Shown here piece by piece: positions 37,979 through 52,540 of a stretch of 64,000 nt of DNA. A program made the translations under genes and the position numbers. This stretch comes from Mobula hypostoma (taxonomy: Eukaryota): contig NC_086108.1 of assembly GCF_963921235.1 (NCBI RefSeq), positions 61,196,001 to 61,260,000 of the forward strand, given 5' to 3'. The first letter of the stretch is position 1. Every line of letters begins with the position of its first letter. Under the pieces are notes generated by a model. That model made no database searches and was not told the DNA's origin. It saw only the letters and a list, made by a program, of their open reading frames with translations.

Positions 37979-38022
37979 CCCCAAATTAAAAAGTACTGAA
38001 CCCCAAATTAAAAAGTACTGAA
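37979..38022. repeat. Exact 22-bp tandem duplication
   Basis: CCCCAAATTAAAAAGTACTGAA x2. Confidence 0.9.
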
Positions 38023-39484
38023 TGACTCAGTTCCCCATGCAAAGATCCTTTTAAGGTTTTTCAAGGAAAATTGATTGAAGTTGCTCAGGGAATGCCTATC
38101 ATTGGATAATTGTAAATTCTACCATTCCGGTGCCCCCTCGACCTCCTGAGGTCCGCATGGGAAGATGAGGAATGGGCAGAATATTTTTAACGTTAAATCT
38201 TGATCTAAATGAATGCATTGGGACAACAACCAAAATGGCCACTGTTCTAGTTACTGCCTCTTTCTTGGCACAGTTTAGATGCACTGTACTTTCTAGGCAA
38301 TGGTCTTGGTGGACTGTTGCATCCGTTAGTCCGTTAGAACAAGTGTATCTTGTGCACTGTGACAACGTTAAATATGATTGGCTTCAGATAAATTTCTCTT
38401 TGAAAGCAACTTTCTGTATTACCAAATGATTGACATAAATGTCCGAAAGTCACATCCAAGAGCAATAAAATCATAATTACTATCAACCAAGGATATCATA
38501 ACGTCTTCAAAATGTGTTTAAAATACACTTTACTTTGTAACATAACAGCCAACAAAGGATGTCAAATAATTTATTAACTTTGTTGCTAGGACTGCAGTTA
38601 TCAAACTATTGATCATAGTTAGAGGCTTAGCTACAAGTTTGTAGGAATACTCTCGTAGCATTTGGCTATAGGCACGGTACTTTGGGTACTTAATTTAGCA
38701 GTACTATAACCCTTAACTGCAGTAAGTAGTGTTGTTTCAATAACATACTTAATAAATAGCTAACATCATTTGCTTTGGCATCTGATACCACTTTATGACC
38801 GCGATACGTGAGGAAATACAACAGTAATGCATACAGTTCCTCAAATCACTTGGGTTTACTTTATAACCATAATAATAATTTATTGTGGGTTAGACAATGG
38901 ACCTTTTAAATGTTCAGGTGCTTTCTCTGGCTCCTTTCTCCTTCATAAAGTAGTTGCTGTGGCAACTTCACCCAAAGCAAGCAATCAGTGGAAACAGCAT
39001 GAGGGCTGTCCTACTTTTGAACAGTTAGCTGCGTCCCACTGGCAGTGAGCTCATTCCTTTCTCTATGACACAGATAAATTTAGAACTGAGATGAGTCTAA
39101 AATTGTCTCTGGAACTGTGAAGCATTTGTCTGGTCAATGATGCTTGTTGAATTGCAATGCAACTCCTTAAATAGGTTACCTATATACAACTTACTAGATG
39201 AAAAGGGAAGCCTTGATTTAAGTAAATTCTATTGTTATGTGCAAAGACTTATTCAACACAGAGTAACTAAGATAATACGACCATCTAACTGAACACCTGT
39301 TCAATTATGATTTTACTGTAGTTAATAGTAATTTTATATACTTCATTTATAAAGATTCTCAAAAGTTGTTAATTTTTAAATATTATTTTATTCTCAAAAA
39401 GTACAAAAGAATGGAGAACAATGGCAAAAATAGGGACGAATGAACAAAATGAATGTTCAGCTTTTAGCTAAAAAACAAAGAAAG

Positions 39485-40372
39485 AGGATAGGTGGAGGGG
39501 CAGGTAGTTTTGAAGAAGTAGAGAATCTACAGAAGGACCTAGACAGATTAGGAGAATGGGCAAAGAAATGCAGATGGAATACAACATTGGGAAGTGTATG
39601 GTCGTGCACTTTGGTAAAAGAAATGAAAGGGTATTTTCTAAATGGAGAGAAAATACAATAATAAAAACTGAGGTGCAAAGGGACTTTGGGAGTGCTAGTG
39701 CAGCATTTCGTAAAGGTTAATTTGCAGGCTGTGGTGAGGAAGGCAAAAGTAATGTTAGCATTCATTTCAAGAGGACTAGAATATAAAACAAGGACGTAAT
39801 GTTAAGGCTTTATAAAGCATTGGTGAGGCCTCACTTAGAGCAGTTTTGGGTCCCTTATCTTAGCATGGATGTGCTGAAACTGGAGAGGATTCAAAGAAGG
39901 TTCACAAAAATGATTCGAGGTTTGAATGGCTTGTCATATGAAGTGCATTTGATGGCTCTGGGCCTGTATTCACTGGAATTCAGAAGAATGAGGGGTGACC
40001 TCATTGAAACCTATCAAATGGTGAAAGGCCTTGATAGAGTGGATGGGGTGAGGATGTTTTCTATGGTGAGAGAGTCTAAGACCAGAGGACACAGCCTCAG
40101 AATTTTAGAATGGAGATGAGGAGGAATTTTTTTAGCTGGAGAGAGTGGTGAATCTGTGGAATTCATTACATCAGGCAGCTGTGGAGACCAAGTCTTTATG
40201 TATATTTAAAGCAGGGATTGATAGATTCTTGATTGGTCAGGGTATGAAGGGATACAGGGAGAAGGCAAGAGATTGGGGCTGAGAGGGAAAATGGATCAAC
40301 CATGATAAAATGATGGAGCAGACTTGACAGGCCAAATGGCCTAATTCTGCTTCAATATCTTATGGTCATATA
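39485..40372 (+). mobile_element. CR1 3' fragment
   Basis: LQKDLDRLGEWA, LYKALVRPHLE, RGDLIETY, 3' tail. Confidence 0.9.
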
Positions 40373-41509
40373 GTCTTTGGTTAAATGCTTGGTGTTTTAG
40401 GCCCAGATTTATCAACGGTACACACAAAATGGCAGAGTGAAGCTTAAGTAAAGGACAATTCATATAAAGTAGTAGAATAACTTTAGGGAACTGAAAAGCT
40501 CCATTTTCCATTTCTTATTTATTTTACATCAATTCGTAAAGCCTGTTCGAGCTTCCTAGCCAGCAGTTCCTCACATTCATGGGAGGAAAATGGAAGGTCA
40601 TGGGAATTTTGTAAGCAGAAGAACTGAGTTTAGTTACCTATTTGATTACTCATTTAATTGGTTTGGCACGATGTTGTGGGTCGAAGGGCCTGATCCTGTG
40701 ATGTACTGTTCTATTTTCTATGTTCATAAACATTATCATGCACATTCTATTTTATCTCAGGTTTCATAATCTGAGTGGAAAACACAGTCCATTTCTTCAA
40801 CTAGTTTATTGTGTGCAGTCAATTGTTGAGATCACTTTAAAAGAGTATTTTCAAAGATGTATGTCTATTACGTTGTCCATTAGGCATTGAACACTGTGGT
40901 TGTGCGTGCATGCACGCATCTAAAGAAGAAACACAATCTCAACAGAGTGTGTATGCCATTCTTAAGATAAAATCTGGAGAAAATAACTTACTCATCTACC
41001 CAACTACAATTTATGATCTACATCAATATAAGCAAGCCAAAATGGTTCAACTCTAATGTTATGGAACTCCAAATAAATCTCTTGCATGAACTTTTCTTCT
41101 CAAACAGGAAAAGAAGAATGATTTTGAACTATAACAAACTGATTTTGGTAGTTTGATTGTTCCAATCAAATTATAATTTTAAATAAATACAGTTTTATAA
41201 ATATAGTTTAATTCTATTTTGGAAATACACCTCTCAAGATGTAATTTCTTTGGATGTATTGTAAGAAAAACAATGACCAAAAAACTGATGATGACAACTA
41301 ACTTACTAGTGCATCATGCAGCAGTCAGCCTCAGGGAGATTAACTAACTCAATATTGTTCCATGCATTACTGGGGATTATATCGATCTTTTAACTACTAG
41401 GGATTACTTAAAATATCCTGAATGCCAATTTTTATTGTGTTTCACTTTTTGGAAATTGGTGTATGCCAAAAGAAGTATGGTTACAAGTTGAATATTTATA
41501 CACACAGAA

Positions 41510-41865
41510 CACTGTATGTGCCCCTTGGCACACGATGTTGTACCGACCTCTTAAAATACTCTTACACCAGTCTAATGTTCTCTCCCACAAAGCCTTCCAT
41601 TTTTCTTTCACTTATATGACTATCTAAGAGTCTCTTAAATATCCCTAACGTATCTGCCCCCATCACCACCTCTGGCAGCGCGTTCCATGCACACACCACT
41701 CTCTGTGTAAAAAAAAATTCTACCTCTGACAATCCCTTTATACTTTCTTCCAATCATCTTAAAATGATGCCCTCCTACATTAACCATTTCTGCTCTGGGA
41801 AAAAGTCTCTGGCTGCCCACTCTACCAATGCCTCTTTATCGTCTTATATACCTCCATCAAGTCAT
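41510..41865 (-). mobile_element. CR1 3' end
   Basis: FFTQRVVCAWNALPEVV on minus. Confidence 0.8.
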
Positions 41866-42859
41866 ACTCTTGAAGTAAAATGTAAGCAGAGCACAAAGCA
41901 CATAATTTGGTTAGTAAACTATTGAAGTGTGACATCTTTTAAAAAAGGTGACAGTTGTCTTTTAAGTCCTGCTATTTATTTCTAAAATTGCTTCATGTGT
42001 TCCTTTGGTACAGTTATCTACACTACAGCACTTGTGAGAGAACAATAGACTTTTCATTTCACATATTGTAGGTAGCAGACTACATTTTGTGAGGGTGTAT
42101 AAGACCTATCTCTAGGAGGTGGTCTTGCTCCACTTCAGCTTTATGTGGGCATCAGCATCAAACCAATAAGTGAATGAATATCATTCTTTACTTTCCAGTA
42201 GTAATGAATGTTGGCAATCTACCCATTAACTCTACGCTAATGGTATAAATTTATTGATCTCAGAATGTGCATATGGCTTTCATGCATAAAGCCTTCTCTA
42301 AATGGCAAAACAAACAATATTACCCAGCACTCAGACTACACTGTTGACAGCTTCGGGAAATATGTGTTATTGCCTTTAACTTTCAACCCTTTTAAAATCC
42401 GAAACTCCAGACATTCATCTCTCAATAATAAATTCTATGTCATATCAAAAACTGAATAAAAGCAATGGCACAGCGGCTGTGGATTGCCTCTTTTTAGATT
42501 GAGTCATTACCTCAGCATCTAGTGCCCATAACTTTAATCTGCTGTCCCATTCCCACTCTAACCTGTCTATGCTTGGCCTTTAATAGAACTCAGTGGAAGT
42601 CTGAGGGATGGCACTTTATTTTCAGACTTAGTGCATTATAAATTCACAAATTATGTTCAATATTTTCCAGCTACCATTATTTGTATCAGTCTCAATGTCT
42701 TACTCTGGTAATTTTAGCTAACAATACTGTGTCCATTTGCAGCTTTTTCAGACTGATGTTTTGTTCCCTTGTTTGTCCTATCCTCTTTTGCCATGCACTA
42801 ACAAGCTTTTGGTCATCAAATCTTCCCTGACGCCCAACCTAACAGCTTCACTCCGTGTA

Positions 42860-43740
42860 CACTTCTGATGTGTGACCAGATCAGCTCTAACTCCATCTAT
42901 AAGTTCACAGATGTCACAACCATACCGGGCTAAATCTTAAATACTGAGAAGAGTGAGTACAGGAAGGAGAATGAGAGCCTAGCGGCATGATGTCAAGACC
43001 ACAATCTTTCCCTCAATGTCAAGGAAACAAATGAACTAGTCATTAACTTCAGGAAGCAAGGCAGACTACATGCTCCTTGATTATCTGCGGTTCTGATGTG
43101 GAGTTGATTGAGAGTTTCAACTTTCTAGGTGTAAATAACACCAATAACTTTTTTAAGTTCAACCATGAAACACCATGACCAAGAAGGCATGTTGACATCT
43201 CTACCTCCCCAGAAACCCAAGGAAAGATGGCATGTCCCTACTGACCCTCACCAATTTTTATCGATGCACCTGATTCTGTTAGTATCAGTCATAATTTGGA
43301 TGTGGCAACTGCTCTTCTCAATCCACAAGAAACTACAAAGAGTTGCAGATACAGCTCAGTCCACCATGAAAACCAGCCTCTCCTCCATTGACTGTGCCTA
43401 CGTTACCCATTGCCATGGAGAAGCTGCCAATATAATCACTGATCCCTCCTACCGGGTCATATTTTCTTCTCTTCACTCTTATTGGGAAAAAGATACAAAA
43501 GCTTGAAAACACACAGCACCAGTCTTAAGAACAACTTCTACCCCACTGTGAAATTTCTCAGCTTACCTTCTTGTGACACTTACACCCTGTACCTGTAACA
43601 TTATAGTCTGCATCTATTATTGCTTTTCCCTTTGTACAACTTTAATGTACTTGTACTTTGGAATAAACTGCATATGGATGGCATGCAAAACAAAGTTTTT
43701 AACTGTATCTTGGCACATATGACGATAATAAACCTACTAT
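42860..43740 (+). mobile_element. Rex1-type LINE 3' half, degraded
   Basis: SIYKFTD, LNVKETNELVINFRK, LQRVADTAQ motifs. Confidence 0.75.
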
Positions 43741-43829
43741 CGATTATCAACCATCTCTTTTATTTTATCCATCCCTACATTAATTCTTCAGTACCTTAAA
43801 ATATGTTTAGATCTAATATTTCATTTTCT

Positions 43830-44275
43830 GAAAAACTTCAGACTGAAACATTAACTCTCTCTTTCCACAGAAGCTGCCTGACCTGCTGAATATTTCTAGC
43901 ATTTTCTGTTTGAATTGTGCTCTTTTTTTTTAGAATAATATCACTGAGGAATAAAAGACCAGGCAATTCTGGAAACACATAGCAGTCATGCATAATATAT
44001 GGTAAAAATAAACTTTTAATATTTCAGTCTGGGACACTTCAGCAGAATTGGAAAAGAGGGAAAGCAAAGCTACACACACAAAATGCTAGAGGAACTCAGT
44101 AAGTCAGGCAGCACCTATGGAAAAGAGTACAGTTAACGTTTCGGGCTGTGACCCTTCAGCAGGACTGCCGAAGGTACTCTTTTTCATAGATGCTGCCTGG
44201 CCTGCTGAGTTCCTCCAGAATTTTGTGTGTGTTGCTTGGATTTCCAGCATCTGCAGATTTTCCCTTGTTTGTCAA
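43830..44275. mobile_element. Penelope-like fragments forming inverted repeats
   Basis: Arms 44072-44130 and 44174-44232 around a mutated minus-strand hammerhead (CTGCTGA). Confidence 0.75.
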
Positions 44276-44512
44276 GAGAGAAAGGAAGTTGGTTTTCAAT
44301 ACCAAAGAAGGTGGGGTATAGAGGAGTAGAGAAAAGGCAATATTGTGGATAAGGTGAGACCAGATGTCAATTAAGTGGACATCCCTGGAAGAGAAGTTGC
44401 AGTGAATTCAACAATGATTTTCATGAGCTCCACGTCACTCATGCTAACCTCCCAAATTATTGAGGACTCCAAGCTAGAAATATTTTAAAGTCAGACCATG
44501 CTTGAAACTTAC

Positions 44513-44611
44513 ACCTGTCTTTTCATCAAAAATTTTGATGCCTCCAAATGAAATGGTCAGAAAGATTCTTTGTTTGTGTTCTCCTTTTGAACGTGCTGCA
44601 GCTGCAATTCC
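44513..44611 (-). CDS. DAB1: DAB1 coding exon (mammalian exon 4 equivalent), PTB domain
   Basis: 99 nt, flanked by AG and GTAAG; translates [33 protein letters not shown], matching DAB1 [33 protein letters not shown]. Confidence 0.96.
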
Positions 44612-46579
44612 CTATAGGGGGGTAAACAACAACAAAATAAGTGTCAATGAGAAACAGCAAAGTTCAGTCAAGCAGCTCTTTGGTTTACATCCTACCAAGC
44701 ACAAAACAGCAGAAATGCAACAGCATTCTGTAATTATTTCCCGTGTAGTGCAAATGACTCTTGTATTCCTTGGCCCAATTATACTGCAGTTTTTGTGATG
44801 AAATGGCACCGTTTTCATTTCATGTCAGAAGAAACCCTGGGGAAAGAAGTAGCTGTGCATCACATTTTGGCAAACTGCAAATGTCGGTCAGCTCAGTTCC
44901 AGGAGATTAAAAGTAAAATCTTTACAATATATAAATTGGTTACTTTTGATCTCGAGTAATAAATTGTAATGTTGAATTGAAAGCTAGGCATGGTAAAGTG
45001 CTAAATAATTGTATTTTATTCTTGTTCTCAACATTGAAACCAAGAATAAAATACATTTACTTAGCACTTTACCATATCCTTCAGAATAACACAGAGTATT
45101 CCACAGGGGCTTACTTTGAAGTGCACTAAATATTACATTGCCAATCCACGACAATGAGGTGAACAAAATGCCACATGGAAAAAAAATAATCTGTTTCATT
45201 AAAAATTGTGGAGAGAAGAAAGTGGTTAGAGCAAATAAGTAATGCCTTGAATTAAGTAATGAAACTTAAACCAAGTCCCCACCTATTTATTATTATGTAC
45301 AGTTTATCAAACAGAAGCAGCAGCAGGCCATTTGGCCCCTCATGTGTGATCTTTTATTCAATAAAATCACAGCTGATCCTTTCCTTCAGCTCCATATTCC
45401 TGGAACAACCTCAAATCATTGATTCACTTAAATGCTTAAAACTCCACCAGTTTCTGTCTTGAATACTGAGCATCCACCACCCTCTTGGGTGGAGAATTCT
45501 GTAGATTCACCCTCTGGGTGTAAAAGATTTCCATCATGAGTGGCTGACCCCTTAACTGTGTAAACACTGGCTATGAAAAGGAGCATCAGCCCATCATCGA
45601 CATTATTACGCCATTTAAGATTGTTATGCATTTCAATGAAAGCTGCTGTCATCAGCCAGGAGATACAGAAGCTTGAAGTCCCATGCCATCAGGTTCAGAA
45701 ACAGCTCCCTTCCTACAACACTACCATGGACTTGTCTTTGACTGTATCTTTGTTCTTTTGCACTACAGTCTTGTTTTTGTACATTCCCTTGCATGGTACA
45801 ATTTTATGTATAGTTTATATACATAGAATTTATATTCTGTGTGGTCTGAACCTATGTTCCTGTGATGCTACTGCTAGCAAGTTTTACATTGTACTATTCC
45901 TCACCATGCTGGTACACGTGACAATAAACTTGACTTGACTTGAGTTATCCTCTCACTCTTCTAAGCACATGAGTGTATAGGTGTAGGCTATTTAAACACA
46001 GTTTATACAACATTTCTACCTTTGAAGGCATCAGTCTTGTGAATTTTCACTGCACTTCCTCAATTCCAAGTCAACACTTACCTGGTTAGGGAATCCAGAT
46101 CTGTGTACTTTATTTTGGACAGAGTGTTGCTGGGTCTTACATATTGGAATAAAAGATTTCTTTTCTTGCACTCAATAAAGTCCAGTATACTATTTGTCTT
46201 TCAAACTTTGGTGATTCATGAATAAGGTCACCTAGGGCCCTCAAATCTCTAACAATTTAAAATATATTTTGCTTTTCTATTTCTTTTTTCCAGAAGGGGA
46301 TGCCCTTAATTTTTTTCCCACATTATGTTCTCTTTGACACATCCTCACCCATTTACTCAATCTTTCTGCATCCTCCTCAAGATCTACATTGCCACATTCC
46401 TATATATGATCAGCAAACTTGAGTGTATTATACTTAGTCCCCTGTTTCAAATGATTAATGTAGATTTTGTACAGCTATGTCTCCAACATCAGTCTCTCCA
46501 GCACCCTCTATTCAGCACTTCCTAACCTGAAAATTACACAATTATGTCGAGATTTTGTTTTCTGTAAACAATCTGAACA

Positions 46580-47410
46580 CACATTTGGGGTACCGTGTAC
46601 AGTTTTGGTCACTTTGGTATAGGAAAGACATTGTAAAAACTGGAGAGGGTGCAGAGAAGATTTACGATGATCATGCTTGGACTAGAGGGCCTGAGTTATA
46701 GGGAGGGATAGACCATGGGGTGATAAGGTAGCACAGTGGTTAGCACAGTCGCTTGACAGCGCTAGCTGTTAGAATGAGGTACAATGCTGGTGCAGTGCTG
46801 TCTGTAAGGAGCTTGTATGTTCTCTCCGTGAGCACATGGGTATTTTTCTGAATGTGCTCCAGTTCCCTCCCACATTCCAAAGATGTACATCCAGGATTAG
46901 TGAGTTGTGGGCATACTATGTTGGCACCGGAAGCATGGTGACATTTATAGGCTGCCCAGCACAATCCTCACTGTCTTGATATGACATATTTCACTTTATG
47001 TTTTGATCCTTATCTTATCTTTATGCTGGAGCTTCATCCCCTGGAGTACAAAAGAATAAAGTTTATAGAAGTTGATAATTTCATGCGGAATTTGGAAAAG
47101 GTGGATGGTCATAGTATTTTCCCCAAGGTTGGAGATTCCAAAACAAGAGGGGACAGATACAAGGTAGAGAGAAGAGATTTGAAAGAGACCTGAGAGGTCA
47201 CTTCTTTACACAGAGAATAGTGAGTACCCAGAAGGAGCTGTCAGAGGAAGTGGTTGAGGTGGGTAGAATTTCAGCAGTTAAGAGGCATTTGGATAGGTAT
47301 GGAGGCTTATGGACTGAATGCAGATGAGTGGACTAGCAGGGAGGATGCTGTAATCAGCATAGACCTATTGGGCTGGTGTCTGCTTCAGTCCTATATTATT
47401 TTATGATTCT
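46580..47410 (+). mobile_element. CR1 3' fragment interrupted by a V-SINE (46717-47020)
   Basis: HLGYRVQFWS and LERVQRRFT, then SINE GGTAGCACAGTGGTTAGC...GGAGCTTGTATGTTCTC, then CR1 resumes. Confidence 0.75.
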
Positions 47411-48554
47411 ACTCTGCAATTCATGCCAATATATTACTGCTAATGTGGTGTGCTTTAACTTTGCTTAATAATCTCTTGTATGGCACCTTATCAAAGGCCT
47501 ACTGAAAGTTCAAATTCAACACATCAATTGATTCGCCTCGAACTAGACCGCTAATTACAACCTCAAGAAACTGGAACAGATTTGTTAAATGTGGATTCCC
47601 TTTCATAAATCCACGCTGACTCTGCCCAGTCCTAATTATTATTTTATAAACATTACAGATCTTACTGCCTCAAATCCGCACGGAAGCATCAGCCTTTCAT
47701 TATGTGCTTGGGTCATTGAGGGACATTTCCACTGTCATTTGTTTAGATCCCATTTCAACTGTCTACAGCTGTGGCAAGGAACCTCAGCGATCAGCAAGTT
47801 AATATGTCAGAAAAATATAGTGATACACATACTGGAGAAAAATAAAGGTGCTACTGAATAATGTATCCATCAGCCAAAAGAAACATGTGTTTTGTTAACA
47901 ATAATGCTAACACAGATCTCTTAGCTCCTTTGCCTCCTGTTCTTGCTGTATTATTTCATTTGATGATGGATTTTTTACTTATGGGAAAGAAGAAAATAAC
48001 CACTGATTGGAGTCAAATGTACTAGGAATAATTCTCTGAACACCAACAGCCAATTCCCTTTTGACTTGGGTCATGTCCCCAATAAAAAAGTCAGTGATAT
48101 GATCTGTTTTCGTAAATCATGCCACATCTGTTCAGACGGTTCATGGTATCCTGTGTGATAGGACAGAAAGGATCACCTGGACACAATGTAACTGGATAAA
48201 ATGATTTAACCACTGTTTTTCATTAAAATGAATGAGGATAATCAATAGATTGATAAACAGATAGCGGGGCCCAGTCAGTATGACATAATAAAATGATCTT
48301 TCTGTTAAAAGCTTAGAATCACATCAGTGTAAGAAGGCTGTGAATGAAGGAAGTAGAGAAGAATGATAGTTGTCTCAAATAACTGCACCATACACAGCAT
48401 AGGTTCCATGCCAATCTATCCTGTGTAATTCTGGTGCAGTAAACATGTTGAATGAAACCAGGAATAATTACAGCTTATAATGTTAGTCATATTTCTATTT
48501 TATTGGCCAGTGATAGGCACTAGGACTATAAGAACCAATTAATTTCCTCTGCCA

Positions 48555-49115
48555 CCATAAAAACAAAGAAGCAGAATTAGACAAGTCTGCTCCACTATTC
48601 AATCGTGGCTGATTTCTCTACTCTCTCAACCCCATTCTTTTGCTTTCTTCCCATAACTTTTGGCACTCTAACTAATCAAGAGCCTACTAACCTCCACATT
48701 AAATACACACAATGACTTTTCCTCCACAGCCTTCTGTGGCAATGAATTCCACAGCTTCATCATCCTCTGGCAAAATAAATTTCTCCTCATCACAGTTCTA
48801 AAGGAATATTCTTCTATTCTGAGGCAGTTTTATATGGACCTAGACTCTCTCACTTTCCATGTCTACTCTATCTTGGCTTTTTAGTATTTGGTAGGTTTCA
48901 ATGAAATCCCCTTTATTCTTCTAAACCTCAGTGTATACAGGCCCAGAGCCATCAAACACTTTTCTTATATTAACCCTTTCATTCCTGGGATCTTTCTCTT
49001 TCGTGTGAACCTCCTTGGACCTTCTCCAGTGCTAGCACATACTTCCTTAGATACAGGGCACAAAACTGCTCACAATACCCAAATATGGTCCGACCAATGT
49101 CTTATAAAGCCTCAG
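48555..49115 (-). mobile_element. CR1 3' fragment
   Basis: Reverse complement of CR1 C-terminal region and 3'UTR. Confidence 0.75.
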
Positions 49116-49559
49116 AATCTGTTAAGAAGATGTCATGGATGTAGGGCAAATATTGGTGAATAAAAGACTTTGTCTGCTTATCACCCATGCACCTATTATA
49201 CTTTCTTGAGGAAAACACCTTTGAGATCATTAAGATTGGTGGAACACCTTTGAGATTAGTCTCAAGCACATGTCAAGTGTAATAGGTAACAGGGTCTGAA
49301 ATCTAAAGAAGAACCAAGGAAAACTGAAAAGAAATAAGTAATATTCTACCATTACCACAGCCTACACAGAGCTGGGTGCAGTCAGTGGTCTAGTCACAAA
49401 CTGCACCCAGAGTTTCAAATTGCTTTTTTCCACTCAAGATTCTGATCAATCTCATTTGTAGATCACTATCAAACAATATGATCTTGCAGCAATTTTGGAA
49501 CTAAATGATAGCTTGTGTATTATTTTAAGATTTAAAAGAATTGCCTGGAGCTGTTAGCA

Positions 49560-50930
49560 TTCTTGATGAAAATTAGGGTGGATAAGGCCCAGGGCCTGAC
49601 AGTGTCCCCTTGGTCCTTGGGGGAGACTAGTTCAGAGACTGCAGGGGCTCTGGCAGAGGTTTTTAAGACAACCTTAACCACAGGTCAGCTGCTGGAGGAC
49701 TGGTGGTTCGCTAACGTTGTTCCAAGAAAAACTCTATGAATAAGCTGAGAATCTATACTCTGGTGAACCTGACATCAGTAGTGGGTGGATAATTGGAAGA
49801 TATTCTAAGGGAAAGGATATATAACTACTTGGATAGACAGGACTACTGGGATAAACCCTGATGAGGGATAGTCAAGATGGCTTTGTGTGTGGTAGATCAT
49901 GGCTAATCAATCTTATAGAGTTTTCTGAGGAGGTACCAGAAAAATTTATGAAGGAAAGGCAGTGGATGTTGTCTACATAGTCTTTGACAAGATATCCCAT
50001 GGGAGGTTGGTCAAGAAGGCTCAGTCATTTGCCATTCAGGATGAAGTGGTAAACTAAATTCAACACTGGCTTAGTGGGAAAACCAGATGGTGGTAATTGA
50101 TGGTTGCCTCTCTGACTAGAGCCCTGTGACCACTGGAGTGCCGTAGGGACTGGTGCTAGGTCTATTGTTGTTTGTCATCTATATCAGTGATTTGGAAGAT
50201 AATGTGGTAAACTGGATCAGCAAAGGTTTAGATCACACTAAAACAGGGAGTGTGAGGGCAGTGAGGAAGACTAAGAAAGCCTGCAGTGGTACTGGACCAG
50301 CTGGAAAAATGGGCTGAAAAATAGCAAAAGGAATTTAATGAGGACAAGTGTGAGGTGTTGAACTTTGGGAGGATAAACCAAGGTAGGACTTTCACAGTGA
50401 ACGGTAGGGCAGTAGAACAAAGGGAGCTGGGAATTCAGATCCATCATGATTCTTTGAAAGTGACATTACAGGAAGATAAGGTCATAAAGAGAATTTTGCC
50501 ACATTGCCTTCATAAATCACAGTATTGAGTACAGGAGTTGGGATGTTATGTTGAAGTTGTATAAGATGTTGGTGAGGCCTAATTGGGAGGACTGTGTGCA
50601 GTTCTGCTCAGCCACCTACAGGAAAAATATCAATAAGATTGAAAAAGTTTGGAAAAAAGTTATAAGGATGTGCCCAGGTCTTGAGGGCCAGAGTAACAAA
50701 GAAAGTTTGAATAGGTTAGGTCTGAAGTGTCAGAGAATGAGAGGGGGAATTTGATAGAGGTATACAAAATCATGAAGAGTAGAGATAGGGTAAATGTAAG
50801 CCAGCTTTTCCATTGAGGTTAGGGACACTAGAACTAGAGGTCATAGGTTAAAGGGGAAAGGTGAAATATTTAAAGGGAATCTGTGGGGAAATTTCTTTGA
50901 GCTAACAGTGAAAGTGGTGGATGTGTGATG
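49560..50930 (+). mobile_element. Degraded CR1 RT region
   Basis: EDWWFANVV, LYKMLVRPNWEDCVQF; many stops. Confidence 0.8.
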
Positions 50931-52269
50931 TGTCAGATTTAATTTCAAACTGAAATAACTTTATATAGCTATGCAAAGCCACTTGCTGCTTTCCTTAGTG
51001 CATGTTAATTAGTTTCTAAAAGGCCTACACACAATTGCAATTAGAAGGAACTCTGGTGATTAATCCGATCATGGCCAGTTTTGTGAATGGGGTGGAATGC
51101 AACAATTTTCTCATGCTTGGGCATTGTTCCTTTGTGGCCATCCACTCACCAATTTAAAATACATAATTACAACTTTGACACTAACATCTTTTAAAATAAT
51201 ATTCCATTTCTAAAAAAAATCAGATAGGAAATAGAATTCATGTTGGAATTTAAACCTTGACAAGAAAAAGCATAATTAAATTCTTGATTTTATTAGGAAA
51301 CTGGCTTTGTCACATTTATACAGTTAAAGTGGCTTTTACTGGAATCAGACGTGATATCAATCTACACTGTTTGACATTTTAATTCAATTTGTTTCAGCAA
51401 ACTAATACAGATACTATTTATCTGTGTTACCCTGACAATTCAAATAAACAACCACCTCATTTTTGTCTTTGAACCATGCAGAGTGTATAGGTTGCTGCCA
51501 ATTGCCCAGAGGTCTCAGAAAGATCTTGCACTTTATTTCTTCCCATGTGCACAGTACTTGAAGAATGTAGACATTTTACCAAAATGAATACAACAAAGCA
51601 GCCTCATTTAAAAGGCCGTTCCTTCATGCAATCATTAGAGGAATGGCTGCAAGGAATTACTTTTCATTCTCCCTGTAAAAAAAGATGTGAAATATTGGCT
51701 TATGTTATAAAAATAATTAAAAATCAGGTAGAGGAATAATGAGATTCAATCTCTCTGGAGATAGAAGTCTGTTTCCAAGAAAATTTAATATTGACAGCAT
51801 GCTTAGACGGCAATTCACTGCCATACAAATTGTTAGGCTACAACACCCAGGATCACCATATGCTGATTCACCAGTTGCAGCGATGCTAACAGGTGACAAG
51901 CACATGCCTCGGGGTGTGAAGGCAAATGGCATGGAGGTCTTTGTATTTATGGTGAGGAGATCTTGTCTGCCTCTTAGAAAGTGCTCCGTGAGATTTCCAA
52001 CCTGTGGGAGAGAACATTGAGTTGTGCAGAATGAAGGGAAACAGTACAGTACAATTCAATATTGCCTGAGGCAGTTAATTTAATTTGATTAGAAACATGG
52101 AGACTTCTTGATTGGGATTGGCCCCTGAATCTTCTGACTTGAAGATGGAGGTTGAACCAACAATCAATCATGAGTTGGTTCCATGACATCAGTGGTGTGT
52201 AGCTCAGGGCCATAAATCTTCTGAATCATTGACAGGCTAAATCCAGTTTAAATCACAACTTTGGGTGTG

Positions 52270-52540
52270 GTCTGTGTGGAGTTTGCATATTTTACAGGTG
52301 TTCTTTTTCTCGAGTTTTGCTCCACATCACAAAGGCATGTGGATTGGAAGTTACATTGGCCAGCTTAAATTTCCTTTGATGTGTAGGTGAACAGTGGAAT
52401 CTGAGGGAAGTTGATGAGAAAGTGGGGAGAATAAAAAAGGAAAAATGGATTAATATAGGATTAGTGTAACTATGTGGTTGATGGCTGACATGGACTCGAC
52501 AGGCTGAAGGGCCTGTTTCCTTGCTATCTCTCTTTATGAC
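52270..52540 (+). mobile_element. V-SINE remnant
   Basis: GTCTGTGTGGAGTTTGCA and CR1-like tail GGCTGAAGGGCCTGTTTCC. Confidence 0.55.
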
